Counted from the first letter of the whole stretch, positions 20,546-30,879 are shown. The stretch is DNA of 63,143 bases, filler included, from Bacteriovoracaceae bacterium (GCA_018649885.1; 4 parts of 4 records of this genome joined end to end with filler, not necessarily neighbours in it); one strand, 5' to 3'. Notes: generated from the sequence alone by a model not told the origin. Translations and numbers: made by a program.

Positions 20546-21349
20546 ATGAAAAAAAATCAACTAGTAGTCATCACGGGAGCCAGCTCAGGACTGGGAAGAG
20601 AAATGGCGAAGTCATTTGCAAGAAGAGGTAAAAGCCTTGCTCTCATCGCCAGAAGAACTGGTCCACTTGAAAGCCTTGCAAGGGAGTGCGAAAAATTAAG
20701 CTCTCCTTCAGCCGATATATTTACCATCGATGTAAATTCGCACCAGCTCGTAAGAGAGACACTACAAAAACTAGAAAACGATTTTGGAATCGACTACTTT
20801 ATCGCCAATGCAGGCGTCAATGATACTTATCCAATAGACCAAGATTCCACAAAAATTGCTCAAAATACTTTTGCCGTAAACACCATTGCAGTAATCGATC
20901 AAATTGAATTCTTGAAAAGTATCTGGCTAAAAAAAGATCAGAAAAATAGAAATAAGGTAATCGTTGGAGTCACTAGTATCTCTGCCGTCAGGGGTTTACC
21001 TGAAAGCGGTATCTATAGCGCAAGTAAAGCGGCTACAGCAGTCTATCTTGAATCCATATCAATTGAGTGCAGACCAAAAGGTATACGTATCGTAAATTTT
21101 GCGCCGGGCTTTATGAAAACAGAGATGACTGAAGGGGCAACTTATTCAATGCCATTTATTCTTTCTGCCCAAAAAGCAGCTGAGCTTTGTGTAAGTGATG
21201 TTTTAAAGGGAAAAGATTTTATTATTTATGCATGGCCTTTTAAATTGATTGTTTATTTCCTACAGGTACTTCCCAATTGGGCCTATAGGTTATGGGCCAG
21301 TGTATTTATGAAACTCAGAGGTGGAAGAAGTTTTTCATCCGAAACTTAA
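20546..21349 (+). CDS. Short-chain dehydrogenase/reductase
   Basis: TGASSGLG, NAG, YSASK. Confidence 0.93.
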   Translation: MKKNQLVVITGASSGLGREMAKSFARRGKSLALIARRTGPLESLARECEKLSSPSADIFTIDVNSHQLVRETLQKLENDFGIDYFIANAGVNDTYPIDQDSTKIAQNTFAVNTIAVIDQIEFLKSIWLKKDQKNRNKVIVGVTSISAVRGLPESGIYSASKAATAVYLESISIECRPKGIRIVNFAPGFMKTEMTEGATYSMPFILSAQKAAELCVSDVLKGKDFIIYAWPFKLIVYFLQVLPNWAYRLWASVFMKLRGGRSFSSET

Positions 21350-21363
21350 AAGCTCAGTAGGAC

Positions 21364-23175
21364 CTAGCGAATAGTCTGAAGCTCACTTCCGTACAGATCG
21401 TGCTTCATTAACATATATTCATACCTCTTCTTAATCCCCAGTACACTTCCCTTGTCTTGAAGAGTTCGAGTAGTCCACGAGGATGGTTTAGTAGAAAATA
21501 CATTTTTAATATCTAGGCTCCATTCCAGGATTGGCCCGAGTGAGCTAAAAATAAAAAAGGTGGTTATAAGAACTGCCCGAAGTTGTACCTTTAAAAACTT
21601 TGTTTGAAGTAACAAAAAAACTACTCCGAGTATCCATCCAGTATAGAAGAAACGACTTAACTCCCAAACATACCCATACAATGCAATTGTACCCGTAATG
21701 ACACTGCCACCAATGAAAAGAGCGATAAAAGTAGGTCCTATTTTATATATCCCCACATCAATTTTCTTTCTTAGAAAAAAGAATAAAATCAAACTGATCA
21801 AAGGCCAAAAAATGACCCGAAGTGAAAGATAAGTATTCATAGGAATCACCTTGAGTGCTCCTGCAATTTTTTCCTTGGTACCACTTTGAAATGTTACACC
21901 TGCTGGTTTAGATAACCCTCTACAATCAAGAGTCAAAAAATTTAAGATCCTCGTATCCCCAGTGCATTTTGCATCATATGTGGAAATCATTTCATCACTA
22001 CTAAGACTTTGTTTCCACCTAGTTATTGTACTCGAAGAATAAAAGGAGATTCCTGGATTTCTAAAGCTAATGGCCTTCCTATCACTCCTTGAAACTTGCA
22101 TTAGCCCCGGTATTTTTACATTTGAGTGAAGCCCTTTTGGTGCAAGCATCCCACCATAGCCAGCGGAGACTACTGCAAAAAGTAAAAATGAGAAAATAGC
22201 ACCCCATTCATATTGGGTCTCATATTTCTCAAACTTAGTTTTCTTTAAAAGAAAATCTAATAGCAATACGCCAAACCATATTAAAATCAAATGAGAAGCT
22301 GTTAGTGACCATGACAGAATAAAGAGTCCTTGAATCAGAAAAAACATCAGTTTGTTTTTCCCCAATTCTAAATACATCAGAAATAGTGTGAAAAAACTAA
22401 ACACACCAATAAGACAATCACTGCTACTCATATTTAAAATTGACCCTCCAGTATCTCCAGTGCTTATTGCAGATAATGAAAAAGCCGATTGAGCACTAAA
22501 GGCCAAAAAGCTGAGTAGTAACGCTTGATATTTTCCAAAAGAAAGAGATTTAAATAGGCCCAACAAAAAAATGAAGGAAAAAACCTTGATTGATATCAAC
22601 CAAATATTCAAGTTCGCAAGTAATGACTTAACTCCTAAAAATGTGGGAATCGCTGCCAAAAGGCTCTGCCCAATGTGTTGTCCAAGCGTTGGGATATCGT
22701 CCATTTGAATAGTAAATAGTGAAATATTTGAGGCCCTGAATGTATGAACAACACTACCAAAGCTGGCAAAGGGATCAATAAGACCTGAATCACCAAAGAA
22801 AGTGTCAGTCAGAGGTGTTAAGCTTCTCAGTGTTTCCAGGTTTGTGAATATTAAAACTACGATAATTGAAATTGAAAAACTCAAAAATTTAAATTTAAGA
22901 TTTTTTCTAAAAATATCTTTAAAGAGCAGGGTAAAAATCACAAGCGACAAGAGTTGAAGCGCTACCAATGCCCTAAATTCAAAAAGTGTCAGGGTTTTCC
23001 AAAGCATTAAAAAAATTGATAGACCTGTAAAAAAAGAGGCTCCCAGTCTTAACTCAAATGCTTTATCCTCTAGAAATTTCCCGCTCTTTAATACCAGCCT
23101 TCCAAAGGAAACAACCCCACAGGAATATGCAAATATTAAAAAGTAAATTCCAAGTAGCTTCATTGATAAATTCAA
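21364..23175 (-). CDS. Polytopic membrane protein, possibly glycosyltransferase-like
   Basis: 603 aa, many TM helices with periplasmic loops, next to O-antigen ligase. Confidence 0.6.
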   Translation of the reverse strand: MNLSMKLLGIYFLIFAYSCGVVSFGRLVLKSGKFLEDKAFELRLGASFFTGLSIFLMLWKTLTLFEFRALVALQLLSLVIFTLLFKDIFRKNLKFKFLSFSISIIVVLIFTNLETLRSLTPLTDTFFGDSGLIDPFASFGSVVHTFRASNISLFTIQMDDIPTLGQHIGQSLLAAIPTFLGVKSLLANLNIWLISIKVFSFIFLLGLFKSLSFGKYQALLLSFLAFSAQSAFSLSAISTGDTGGSILNMSSSDCLIGVFSFFTLFLMYLELGKNKLMFFLIQGLFILSWSLTASHLILIWFGVLLLDFLLKKTKFEKYETQYEWGAIFSFLLFAVVSAGYGGMLAPKGLHSNVKIPGLMQVSRSDRKAISFRNPGISFYSSSTITRWKQSLSSDEMISTYDAKCTGDTRILNFLTLDCRGLSKPAGVTFQSGTKEKIAGALKVIPMNTYLSLRVIFWPLISLILFFFLRKKIDVGIYKIGPTFIALFIGGSVITGTIALYGYVWELSRFFYTGWILGVVFLLLQTKFLKVQLRAVLITTFFIFSSLGPILEWSLDIKNVFSTKPSSWTTRTLQDKGSVLGIKKRYEYMLMKHDLYGSELQTIR

Positions 23176-24365
23176 ACTTTAATCCTATCTAATTGTGAAA
23201 GAGAGTAGGCTCCCATAATAAAGAAAAGGTTCTCACCATCACCCATGGTGTACTGAAAAAGACCTGTAAAAATAAGGGCCAATACTATAGGAAAGCACAG
23301 CTCCCCAATCAGATCTCCCCTAGCGTACATTTCTCTAAGCCAATAAAACTTAAAGAGTATTAAAAATAACAGCCCAAAAATTCCAGTTGAGGCCAAATGC
23401 TCAAAATAGTTATTGTGGGCATGACCTGCAAACCATGGATATAAAATACCGTACTTCTCTTTAATTTTCCTTGAATTGGCCTCGAAGTTTTTATAGCCCC
23501 AACCCAGAAGAGGTTTCTCAGTAAAGGCCTTCCAAGCCGTTTCCACCATAGTCCCTCTCATCACTATAGAGAAAAGCCTTTGATTACTTGTAAAAGATTC
23601 TTTCAGCCGAGGGGATAGTTGAAGAGCCGCTAAAAACCCAAAACTTGTTACTATCAGCACAATTAAAAATAACTTCTTCGATTTTTTTAAAAATAAAAAG
23701 GGTGCACAAACGATCACACTTAAAAGCGCTCCCCTAGTGTAGGACAGATACATCCCCACAAAGTTAACGATCAAAGATATAGTTATGAGTTTTGAATTAA
23801 CAAGTGTTTCCAGCTTCCCTCTATTGGTCCAAAGACCCAGGATCAAAAGTGTAGCAAAGTGAATACCATAGCCGTAACTAATATAGTGCCCATACATCCC
23901 ACACGAGCGATTAACATGACATGCTTCTTTAAACCTAAGTGGATTAAAACCTGAATACAAACCAATCATCCCACTTACTGAAGCAATCATAGTCGTTATC
24001 AAAAATAAGTTTAATAGTAATGAGATTTTTTTTTGATCAAGGTGGTTTCTCACCATGTACTTAAGAGGATAGACGGCCATAATTGCTATTAAAAAATATT
24101 TAAGCTTAAAAATTTTCCTATAAGGGTTACCGACAATATCCCCCCAATTAAAAATCACAGAAAGGGCAGAAACTATAATTAAAAGAAAAAGGGCCAATGA
24201 GGATTTTGAATATTTAAAATCTGTGAGTTTTTTGGAGTAAAAAGACCAAATAATTGTAGGGACGATAAAGATGTGACTTAACGCTGTGAGGCTGAACGAG
24301 ATAAAGATTCCTCCGCTCAGAATGAATAATGACCCAAAGGTCAATTTTAACATTATATTTTCCAT
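23172..24365 (-). CDS. O-antigen ligase (Wzy_C) family protein
   Basis: SYTRGA, PLLGWG, HAHNNYFEHLASTG. Confidence 0.88.
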   Translation of the reverse strand: MENIMLKLTFGSLFILSGGIFISFSLTALSHIFIVPTIIWSFYSKKLTDFKYSKSSLALFLLIIVSALSVIFNWGDIVGNPYRKIFKLKYFLIAIMAVYPLKYMVRNHLDQKKISLLLNLFLITTMIASVSGMIGLYSGFNPLRFKEACHVNRSCGMYGHYISYGYGIHFATLLILGLWTNRGKLETLVNSKLITISLIVNFVGMYLSYTRGALLSVIVCAPFLFLKKSKKLFLIVLIVTSFGFLAALQLSPRLKESFTSNQRLFSIVMRGTMVETAWKAFTEKPLLGWGYKNFEANSRKIKEKYGILYPWFAGHAHNNYFEHLASTGIFGLLFLILFKFYWLREMYARGDLIGELCFPIVLALIFTGLFQYTMGDGENLFFIMGAYSLSQLDRIKV

Positions 24366-24437
24366 AACTACTGGATACCCCTGCTCGATTTCTTTTAGTA
24401 TACTGACAATAGTTTAGTTTTTAAATAAGAGAAGAAG

Positions 24438-25451
24438 ATGAAGGTAAATTTAGTTCACGTTGTCGTAAAGATCACCCGACCAGAACTTTCCCCCCAAGTG
24501 AAAAATTTTCTTGAGGAGTACTTTGCTCACTTTGGCTTCGATCAAGTCACTCTTTTGAAACCGGGTGAGTCGCATAATTTAAAAGAAGAGATTCAAAGAG
24601 ATTTTGTCTTATACTTTGAAAAAGAAACCGAACTTTTAGTGAATCCCAAAAATTTTGTTTTAGAATCAAACCATCAAGAAACAGTGGCCTTATGCCTTGC
24701 TACCAATAGCGCAGACACACAGGAAATTCTCAGCCTTGATGAAAACTCACAAATTCGACAAGCAAATCTAGAAGACACATCAGACTTTCATTATATATCA
24801 CCAGGTATTTGTTTATACAAAACTCAAAACTTTCACAATAGTGACACAGTGGTAAAAAAAGGAAGTGCACAAAGCATATTTCCAATAGGAGGTAATGATA
24901 AGTTCACTCCCCCAAGGTCATGCCTCTTTTTAGATCGCGATGGAATATTAATTGAAGACTCAAAATACCCCCACAAAAAAGAAGATTTGAAATTTATCTC
25001 CGAAATTGTGGACTTGATAAAATGGTGCAACCAAAATCAAATAATAGTCGTTGTCCTTACTAACCAAGCCGGTATCGCCAAAGAGTACTTTTCCCTTGAT
25101 GAGTACCACCAATTTACCACTCTACTATTAAATCAACTTGAAAAGATGGGAGGAGCAATTGAAAAAATTTACTTTTGTCCTTATCACCCAGAGGGAAAAA
25201 ATCAGTACAAAGCAAATAGCCTTTTGAGAAAACCAAATCCAGGTATGGCACTCATGGCTGCAAGTGAGTTCAATATTGATTTAACCAAAAGTATTATGAT
25301 TGGTGACAAAGAATCTGATGCTTTGGGCCTATTTGGACTCAAAACCATTTTAAAGCAAGGCAACTACCCAATTTCAGATAACTATCACCCTTTTTCATCC
25401 TTTACAGAACTGGCCTGCAAGGCCCGTGAACTACTGGCTCGAGCGAGGTAG
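24438..25451 (+). CDS. gmhB: Heptose-1,7-bisphosphate phosphatase with N-terminal extension
   Basis: LFLDRDG, TNQAGIA, CPYHP, RKPNPGM, MIGDKESD. Confidence 0.85.
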   Translation: MKVNLVHVVVKITRPELSPQVKNFLEEYFAHFGFDQVTLLKPGESHNLKEEIQRDFVLYFEKETELLVNPKNFVLESNHQETVALCLATNSADTQEILSLDENSQIRQANLEDTSDFHYISPGICLYKTQNFHNSDTVVKKGSAQSIFPIGGNDKFTPPRSCLFLDRDGILIEDSKYPHKKEDLKFISEIVDLIKWCNQNQIIVVVLTNQAGIAKEYFSLDEYHQFTTLLLNQLEKMGGAIEKIYFCPYHPEGKNQYKANSLLRKPNPGMALMAASEFNIDLTKSIMIGDKESDALGLFGLKTILKQGNYPISDNYHPFSSFTELACKARELLARAR

Positions 25452-25537
25452 TCCAACTAACGTTTTGATATCAATACACAAAGTTTGAAATCCAAACACT
25501 CATGGTCTTCAAGTCCCCTATATTTCATATATAAAAA

Positions 25538-25554
25538 CTGGCGACTCCATTGCT
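25538..25554 (+). promoter_or_regulatory. Putative sigma-54 promoter
   Basis: CTGGCGACTCCATTGCT has GG(-24)/GC(-12) at correct spacing, ~35 nt before the GGAG-preceded ATG at 25589. Confidence 0.55.
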
Positions 25555-25903
25555 TATAAGAAAGCAACACTCGAGCATGGAGCATTTAATGAATTTACAA
25601 GAAAAAACGATTTTTGATTTCAGACAAGTTTACCCAGATCTAACCTTAAAAGAAGTTTCCTCCATAACAGGACTTCAAGTCACCCGAGTGTTTCGACTCT
25701 TTCGTGGAGCCGAAATGAAACTCAGAGAATACGAAGCTTTGAGTGAGGCGACTACCAAAAAAGGTGAGAATCAAAACTCAGTTGAATCCAAATTCAAAAA
25801 AATTTCAAGCCAGTGCTGGAAGTCTCTTCCCTGTCAAACACTTGAAGAGCTAACTGAAGAGTTAAAAGATTTACTAAAAATAGAAAACCTAAAAACACCA
25901 TGA
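25550..25903 (+). CDS. Small XRE-like HTH protein (probable start 25589)
   Basis: TLKEVSSITGLQVTRVFRLFRG helix-turn-helix pattern. Confidence 0.65.
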   Translation: MLIRKQHSSMEHLMNLQEKTIFDFRQVYPDLTLKEVSSITGLQVTRVFRLFRGAEMKLREYEALSEATTKKGENQNSVESKFKKISSQCWKSLPCQTLEELTEELKDLLKIENLKTP

Positions 25904-26415
25904 TTAAGGAGAAAAAAATGAAAAGCATTACAACAATTGAAAGAATGGTAATTGAATCAATCTACTCTGCTAAAAGATCAATCTTTGAAATTTCCCAGGA
26001 CACTGACTTATCTCTTGGAATCATTAAAAACACTACCCAAGAGCTACTTAAAGAAAAAATCATTTCACAAAAACAGGGCAGCTTTTTTATCGAAAACGTA
26101 CAGTTAGAAAAATTGAATATTAAAAAAGAGGTAAAAGATATTGGAAGCTCCATGATAAAGCAGTATTTTTCAGATCGTGGTAATAAACAAAGTAAATCTG
26201 GACTCATTGTTCAAAAAATATGGATGAATACGCACCAAGAGAAAATCTTTAAGGCCCTAGTTGGCAACGTAGAAGAATATCTCAAAAATCTAAAAAATGA
26301 TCAAAAAAGCAAACCCCAAGGCAAGCTTTCAAAAAAGCAGGTAGTAATGATTGGATTCACCGAATACGGCAGCCTTTCAAACCAAATACTGGGAACACCT
26401 GCACTTTCCATGTAA
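25900..26415 (+). CDS. Winged-HTH hypothetical protein
   Basis: SIFEISQDTDLSLGIIKNTTQELLKEKII pattern; ATGA overlap with upstream gene. Confidence 0.65.
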   Translation: MIKEKKMKSITTIERMVIESIYSAKRSIFEISQDTDLSLGIIKNTTQELLKEKIISQKQGSFFIENVQLEKLNIKKEVKDIGSSMIKQYFSDRGNKQSKSGLIVQKIWMNTHQEKIFKALVGNVEEYLKNLKNDQKSKPQGKLSKKQVVMIGFTEYGSLSNQILGTPALSM

Positions 26416-26536
26416 CTTGCTTAAATTACAGAGGGGGTTTAAGTAAAATTTGGCCCTCTCTTTTGTAATCTCTACAATCGCCTAGACATTTTTCACCAAC
26501 CATGACAACACTATGCATTAAAAGGTGTAAGTACGT

Positions 26537-27475
26537 ATGTTTATTGATAATTTAAATTTAAATCACATTCGAATATTTGAGGGAGTCTTCAGAACAAAGT
26601 CCATGACAAAAGCGGCTGAAGAACTCCACATGACCCAATCAGGTGTTAGCCAACACATCAAACATCTTGAGGAAATTCTCGGTGTGGTCCTTTTCGATAG
26701 AATCAAACAAAGACTTATAGCCACAGAAAATGCTGCTGTTTTATACAAAACATGTAGCGAAAGTCTCTTCAACATAGAGAAGGCCCTAGCAGATATCAAA
26801 GGTGTTGAACAAAGACTCATAGGCACAATTACCTTAGGTGTTCCCATCGAATTTGGTAACTCTTTTGTCATTCCTCTACTATCTGAGTTTGGAAAACAAA
26901 ACCCAGGTGTGAAATTCAAAATCAAGTATGGTTTTGCCAGTGAAATGAATGATCTCATCCTCGATGGATCACTTGATTTTGCTTTCGTTGATTCCTATAG
27001 ACTAGATAAGCACATCACAACTTGTGAAGTATTTAGGGAAACACTCCACCTATGTGCTTCTGTCGAATTCGTAAAAAGCGAAGGCGGAATAATTAACGAG
27101 AAAAAATTTCTATCAGAAACTGAATACGTAGATTATATGGATGATGAACCGGTATTAAAGATGTGGTTCAAACATCATTTCAGACAAAAAAATATGAAGC
27201 TTAAAATGAGAGCTCACTTAATGGATGTTCAAGGTGTTGGTAATACCATTGCCTCTGGTCTTGCAGCGGGAATACTTCCTCTTCACCACATAAATAAACT
27301 TGAGGCCCTGGGCCACAAATTCTATATTTTCAGAGAAAACCATACTCCACTAAAAAATTCTATTTCCATGGCCTACCTTGAAAATAGAACAAAGACGCCT
27401 TCGGTTTTAAAAATAATGGATTATTTAAAAGACAATATTAAAGAGAAAGATTCCGAAACCGGCTTCCTACACTAA
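26537..27475 (+). CDS. LysR-family transcriptional regulator
   Basis: SMTKAAEELHMTQSGVSQHIKHLEEILGVVLFDR. Confidence 0.95.
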   Translation: MFIDNLNLNHIRIFEGVFRTKSMTKAAEELHMTQSGVSQHIKHLEEILGVVLFDRIKQRLIATENAAVLYKTCSESLFNIEKALADIKGVEQRLIGTITLGVPIEFGNSFVIPLLSEFGKQNPGVKFKIKYGFASEMNDLILDGSLDFAFVDSYRLDKHITTCEVFRETLHLCASVEFVKSEGGIINEKKFLSETEYVDYMDDEPVLKMWFKHHFRQKNMKLKMRAHLMDVQGVGNTIASGLAAGILPLHHINKLEALGHKFYIFRENHTPLKNSISMAYLENRTKTPSVLKIMDYLKDNIKEKDSETGFLH

Positions 27476-27478
27476 AAA

Positions 27479-28384
27479 TTAGTTGAATATTACTCTTCCA
27501 TTTTTGACGTGGATAATAGATTCTTTTTTGGAATCATTTTTTGTGTAAGCATCCACATTCCCCTCAACTTCACCACGATCAGCTGTGACATTAATTCGAA
27601 GAATACTTGGGTCTTTCATTGTGATACTAACATGACCCATGTCGAGCTCGATGGAATATTTTTGAGTTATATCTTGAAGATTCAAACTTCCCTGGTTTAC
27701 TTCAATTTTTAATTCTTTATGAGTTGGTACATCAATATCACATTCAGAAAACTGATTTAGGTGAAAATAAAGTCCTTGTTTTTGATCTACTTCAGGTCGC
27801 TCATCATTGTGAGTTTTGCAACTATAGTGAAAGAGAGCATCTTTTGATTTAGCTAGATTGAGAGCAGCTTGATTAAAGTCGAGATGAACAATAGCGCCTC
27901 CCACCGAGAGGTCCCCTGTCACTTTGTCGCCTAAGAATTTCTGAGAATTATAGCTAATATTGCTGTAGCTATAGTTTCCTTGTTCATCACCTTTAAGGAC
28001 AACTTTTCCACCAAAGAAACTAATGTGATTATCTTTTGAATCAATTTCTACTAATGGGAAAAAACTTTGTACAAAAAAATAAAGAAAAACCCCACCAATG
28101 ATAAATATTCCTAGAATCGAAAGTAAGATCACTTTCCCCACATTCCTGGTTTCGCGTGCTTTTGGAAGACCCCTTTTGACTAGCAGCCGATCGAGAATTG
28201 TTTTGGGTCCGCCTAGCATGGCAATGATTTGCTTAAAGGATTTATTTTGAGTTTGATGAATTTCGCTGATTTCTATTTTAACTTCTTCTAATATCTCACT
28301 TCGTGCAGCATAGGGAATATGCAATACGAATCGCTCAAGCTTTTTAAGCTGACTATCTAAACTTTTTTGGTCTTCAATATTCAT
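27479..28384 (-). CDS. Single-pass membrane protein (DUF1700-like N-terminus, adhesin/DUF4097-like beta C-terminus)
   Basis: Helical N-domain with LGGP, one TM, beta-rich repeats. Confidence 0.55.
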   Translation of the reverse strand: MNIEDQKSLDSQLKKLERFVLHIPYAARSEILEEVKIEISEIHQTQNKSFKQIIAMLGGPKTILDRLLVKRGLPKARETRNVGKVILLSILGIFIIGGVFLYFFVQSFFPLVEIDSKDNHISFFGGKVVLKGDEQGNYSYSNISYNSQKFLGDKVTGDLSVGGAIVHLDFNQAALNLAKSKDALFHYSCKTHNDERPEVDQKQGLYFHLNQFSECDIDVPTHKELKIEVNQGSLNLQDITQKYSIELDMGHVSITMKDPSILRINVTADRGEVEGNVDAYTKNDSKKESIIHVKNGRVIFN

Positions 28385-28463
28385 ATCAGTATTCTAAGAG
28401 AATTTAACTCAGAGGTAAAATTGGAATTATTCCCATCCTTGATATTAATGCTATACTACTTCT

Positions 28464-29237
28464 GTGAAAATGAAACTGATTACCAGCAATATTAGATTTG
28501 ATAACCCAGACGATGGATCTAACGGTTGGGATTCACGAAAGTCAATTTTGGCGGATACTCTTTTAAGTTATTCACCCACTATTATCGGAACTCAAGAGGG
28601 AAGACGGCCACAGCTTAAAGAGCTTGAAAATCTCTTAGGTAATCTTCAACTGGCCGATACCCACCGGGAGTGGATTGAGAGGCGGATGTACCCGGGGCAG
28701 TTTTTTTCACCGAGCAGTGTAGCTCTTCTTCGTGCCACAGATGTATGGCTTTCAGATACTCCTGAAATTGCTGGATCAAAATCATTTAACAGTGCCTTCC
28801 CGAGACTTTGTAATATAATTGAATACATAACTTTGGCCGATCAGAAAAAATTTCTAATCTGTGTTGTCCACCTAGATCACCAATTAGCGCAAACTAGGGC
28901 CGAGCAAGCAAGGGTTCTGGCAGAGCAATTGTCTAAATTTAATAGTGAAAATCTCCCCTTTGCAGTCATGGGTGATTTTAATGAAGGGCCTGATGATGAG
29001 GTTCACTCACTCTTACACAAGATGCTACCCGGTATAAGAGATCCTTGGATTGAAAAGAAGCTTGCGGAGCAAACAACTTATCATAAATTTAAAGGCAGCT
29101 ACCCCGAAGGAAAAAGAATTGATTGGATTTTATTGTCTAATCAATTTGATGTAAAATCCATTGAAATTGATAAGCACAAAAGTGGAGACACTTTCCCCTC
29201 TGATCATTTTCCTGTTAGATGTGAGATTGAGCTATAA
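28464..29237 (+). CDS. Endonuclease/exonuclease/phosphatase family protein
   Basis: SNIR, GTQE, HLDH, GDFN, IDWI, PSDHFPV. Confidence 0.92.
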   Translation: MKMKLITSNIRFDNPDDGSNGWDSRKSILADTLLSYSPTIIGTQEGRRPQLKELENLLGNLQLADTHREWIERRMYPGQFFSPSSVALLRATDVWLSDTPEIAGSKSFNSAFPRLCNIIEYITLADQKKFLICVVHLDHQLAQTRAEQARVLAEQLSKFNSENLPFAVMGDFNEGPDDEVHSLLHKMLPGIRDPWIEKKLAEQTTYHKFKGSYPEGKRIDWILLSNQFDVKSIEIDKHKSGDTFPSDHFPVRCEIEL

Positions 29238-29241
29238 GCGA

Positions 29242-29559
29242 CTAGTGCTCTTTCGAAAGTTTTTCTTCGAGCTCTTGCATATCTTTTATCCTATCTCTTA
29301 GCAGTCCCTTTAAGGCCTCTTTAAAATAGATTTCTAAATCCCCGTCATTTGAGCCGGTATTTGAAATTATCAAATCATAGAGTTTTCTAGTTTCCTCAGT
29401 AACACTTAGAGTGATTTTAAACTCGCTCAAATAATCATCGATTAAATCCCTGATCAATCCACTTAAATTTATCCCCTCTTCTGAGAGTTTATTGTACTGA
29501 TCTTCCCTAACCATCAGACTTATTCTTTTTAATGACTTATCCATACTACCTACTTTCAA
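29242..29559 (-). CDS. Small putative ribbon-helix-helix regulator
   Basis: RISLMVREDQY..INLSGLIRDLIDDYL beta-alpha-alpha pattern, then a second KITLSV strand; divergent from the psp-like operon. Confidence 0.6.
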   Translation of the reverse strand: MKVGSMDKSLKRISLMVREDQYNKLSEEGINLSGLIRDLIDDYLSEFKITLSVTEETRKLYDLIISNTGSNDGDLEIYFKEALKGLLRDRIKDMQELEEKLSKEH

Positions 29560-29620
29560 TGAGTTAAAGCGCGCACTATCATTACATTATACACCATAAA
29601 TTGTCGAAATTAATATAATT

Positions 29621-29660
29621 ATGAATTTTCATGAGTTTTTATGTATTTTTATGTTGAATT
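29621..29660. promoter_or_regulatory. Four 10-bp phased direct repeats (candidate operator)
   Basis: ATGAATTTTC ATGAGTTTTT ATGTATTTTT ATGTTGAATT. Confidence 0.45.
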
Positions 29661-29688
29661 GAATACTGATGCATACTACTATATATGA

Positions 29689-30108
29689 ATGCGAAACAAC
29701 AAGGAGCTACAATTGAACGCATTAACTAGCAGAAAAAATCGATGGGTTAGATCAAATGACGGAATCTTTGCAGGCGTCTGTGAAGGCCTTGGGGAATCTT
29801 TTGGAGTAGAGCCCTGGGCACTGAGATTAATGTGGGTACTATCCTTTTTCTTTTTTGGATCAGGCCTATTTATCTACATCTTAATGGCGTTAGCACTTCC
29901 CACTGAAGATGAAGTCTACCGCCCCGACAAAAAGAAACTACTTGGTGTGTGTCATCAAATAAGCCTGAAAAGCGAAGTTGACCTAGGCTTGGTTAGACTA
30001 GCAGCACTTGGACTTTTGATGGCGTCTTTCGGCACCGCGTCCCTTATCTATTTGGTTCTCTATTTTGTTTTAGACGAACAAGAAGAAGAGGGTGAGCTTT
30101 TTTATTAA
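29689..30108 (+). CDS. pspC: PspC-domain protein (two tandem PspC domains)
   Basis: RSNDGIFAGVCEGLGESFGV..LRL and KKLLGVC..DLGLVRL, each followed by TM and a YIL/YLV motif. Confidence 0.85.
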   Translation: MRNNKELQLNALTSRKNRWVRSNDGIFAGVCEGLGESFGVEPWALRLMWVLSFFFFGSGLFIYILMALALPTEDEVYRPDKKKLLGVCHQISLKSEVDLGLVRLAALGLLMASFGTASLIYLVLYFVLDEQEEEGELFY

Positions 30109-30135
30109 TCAAATCTAAATTTAGGAGAATAACTT

Positions 30136-30870
30136 ATGAAACTATTTAGCAGAATAAAGACACTTTGGGTTGGATTTTGGTCCAACCTCATAGGTGAAAC
30201 AGAAAATCAGGGAAGAAGGCATCTCATTGAGGGAACTTTCCACCAATATGAAAAGGATCTACATAAACTTAGAAATGCTATGACTGGCCTGATTTTCCAA
30301 AGAAAACGCCTGGATGACAAAATCGGAAAGGTGGAGGCCCAGTGTGCTGTCTACCAAGAAGATTTGGAACAAGCTGTAAGTGAAGGAAAAGATGATGTGT
30401 CGCTTTTAATCATTGAAAAGCTTGACACTGTTAAATCTGAGCACATATTTTTAGTCGGCGAACGTGATCTTGTTACAACTGAGATCACTAAGGCCAGAAA
30501 AATGGAAGGCGAGTTAACCCAAAAATATAGAGAAGTTAGGGAAAAACTCAGAACTCTTGGCTCAAAGCTAGTAGTGTTAGAGGTTAGAAAAGAGTTACAA
30601 GAAAAGTTTAATAGTCTTAGTTTTTCAGCAGATGGAAAAAATGCTGTGCAAAGATTAGAGGAACAAGTAATAAAGGTTGAGACCGGCCTTGAGGCTCATG
30701 AAAGCTGTGCTAGCGGCGATGAAGCTACTGAAAAAGAGCTACTTAGGATGAGACAAAAAAGAAGAGTCTCAAAGTATAAAAAGCAGCTTGATGAACTCAA
30801 GGGGAAAATGGCTGAAGGCCTTACAAACCAAACGAAGATGAACCCGGTGGGTGTCATCACAGTAAATTAG
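30136..30870 (+). CDS. pspA: PspA/IM30 (ESCRT-III-like) family protein
   Basis: MKLFSRIK amphipathic N-helix, long coiled coil, AVSEGKDDVS turn, C-terminal LDELK; follows pspC. Confidence 0.75.
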   Translation: MKLFSRIKTLWVGFWSNLIGETENQGRRHLIEGTFHQYEKDLHKLRNAMTGLIFQRKRLDDKIGKVEAQCAVYQEDLEQAVSEGKDDVSLLIIEKLDTVKSEHIFLVGERDLVTTEITKARKMEGELTQKYREVREKLRTLGSKLVVLEVRKELQEKFNSLSFSADGKNAVQRLEEQVIKVETGLEAHESCASGDEATEKELLRMRQKRRVSKYKKQLDELKGKMAEGLTNQTKMNPVGVITVN

Positions 30871-30879
30871 GAGATAGAG

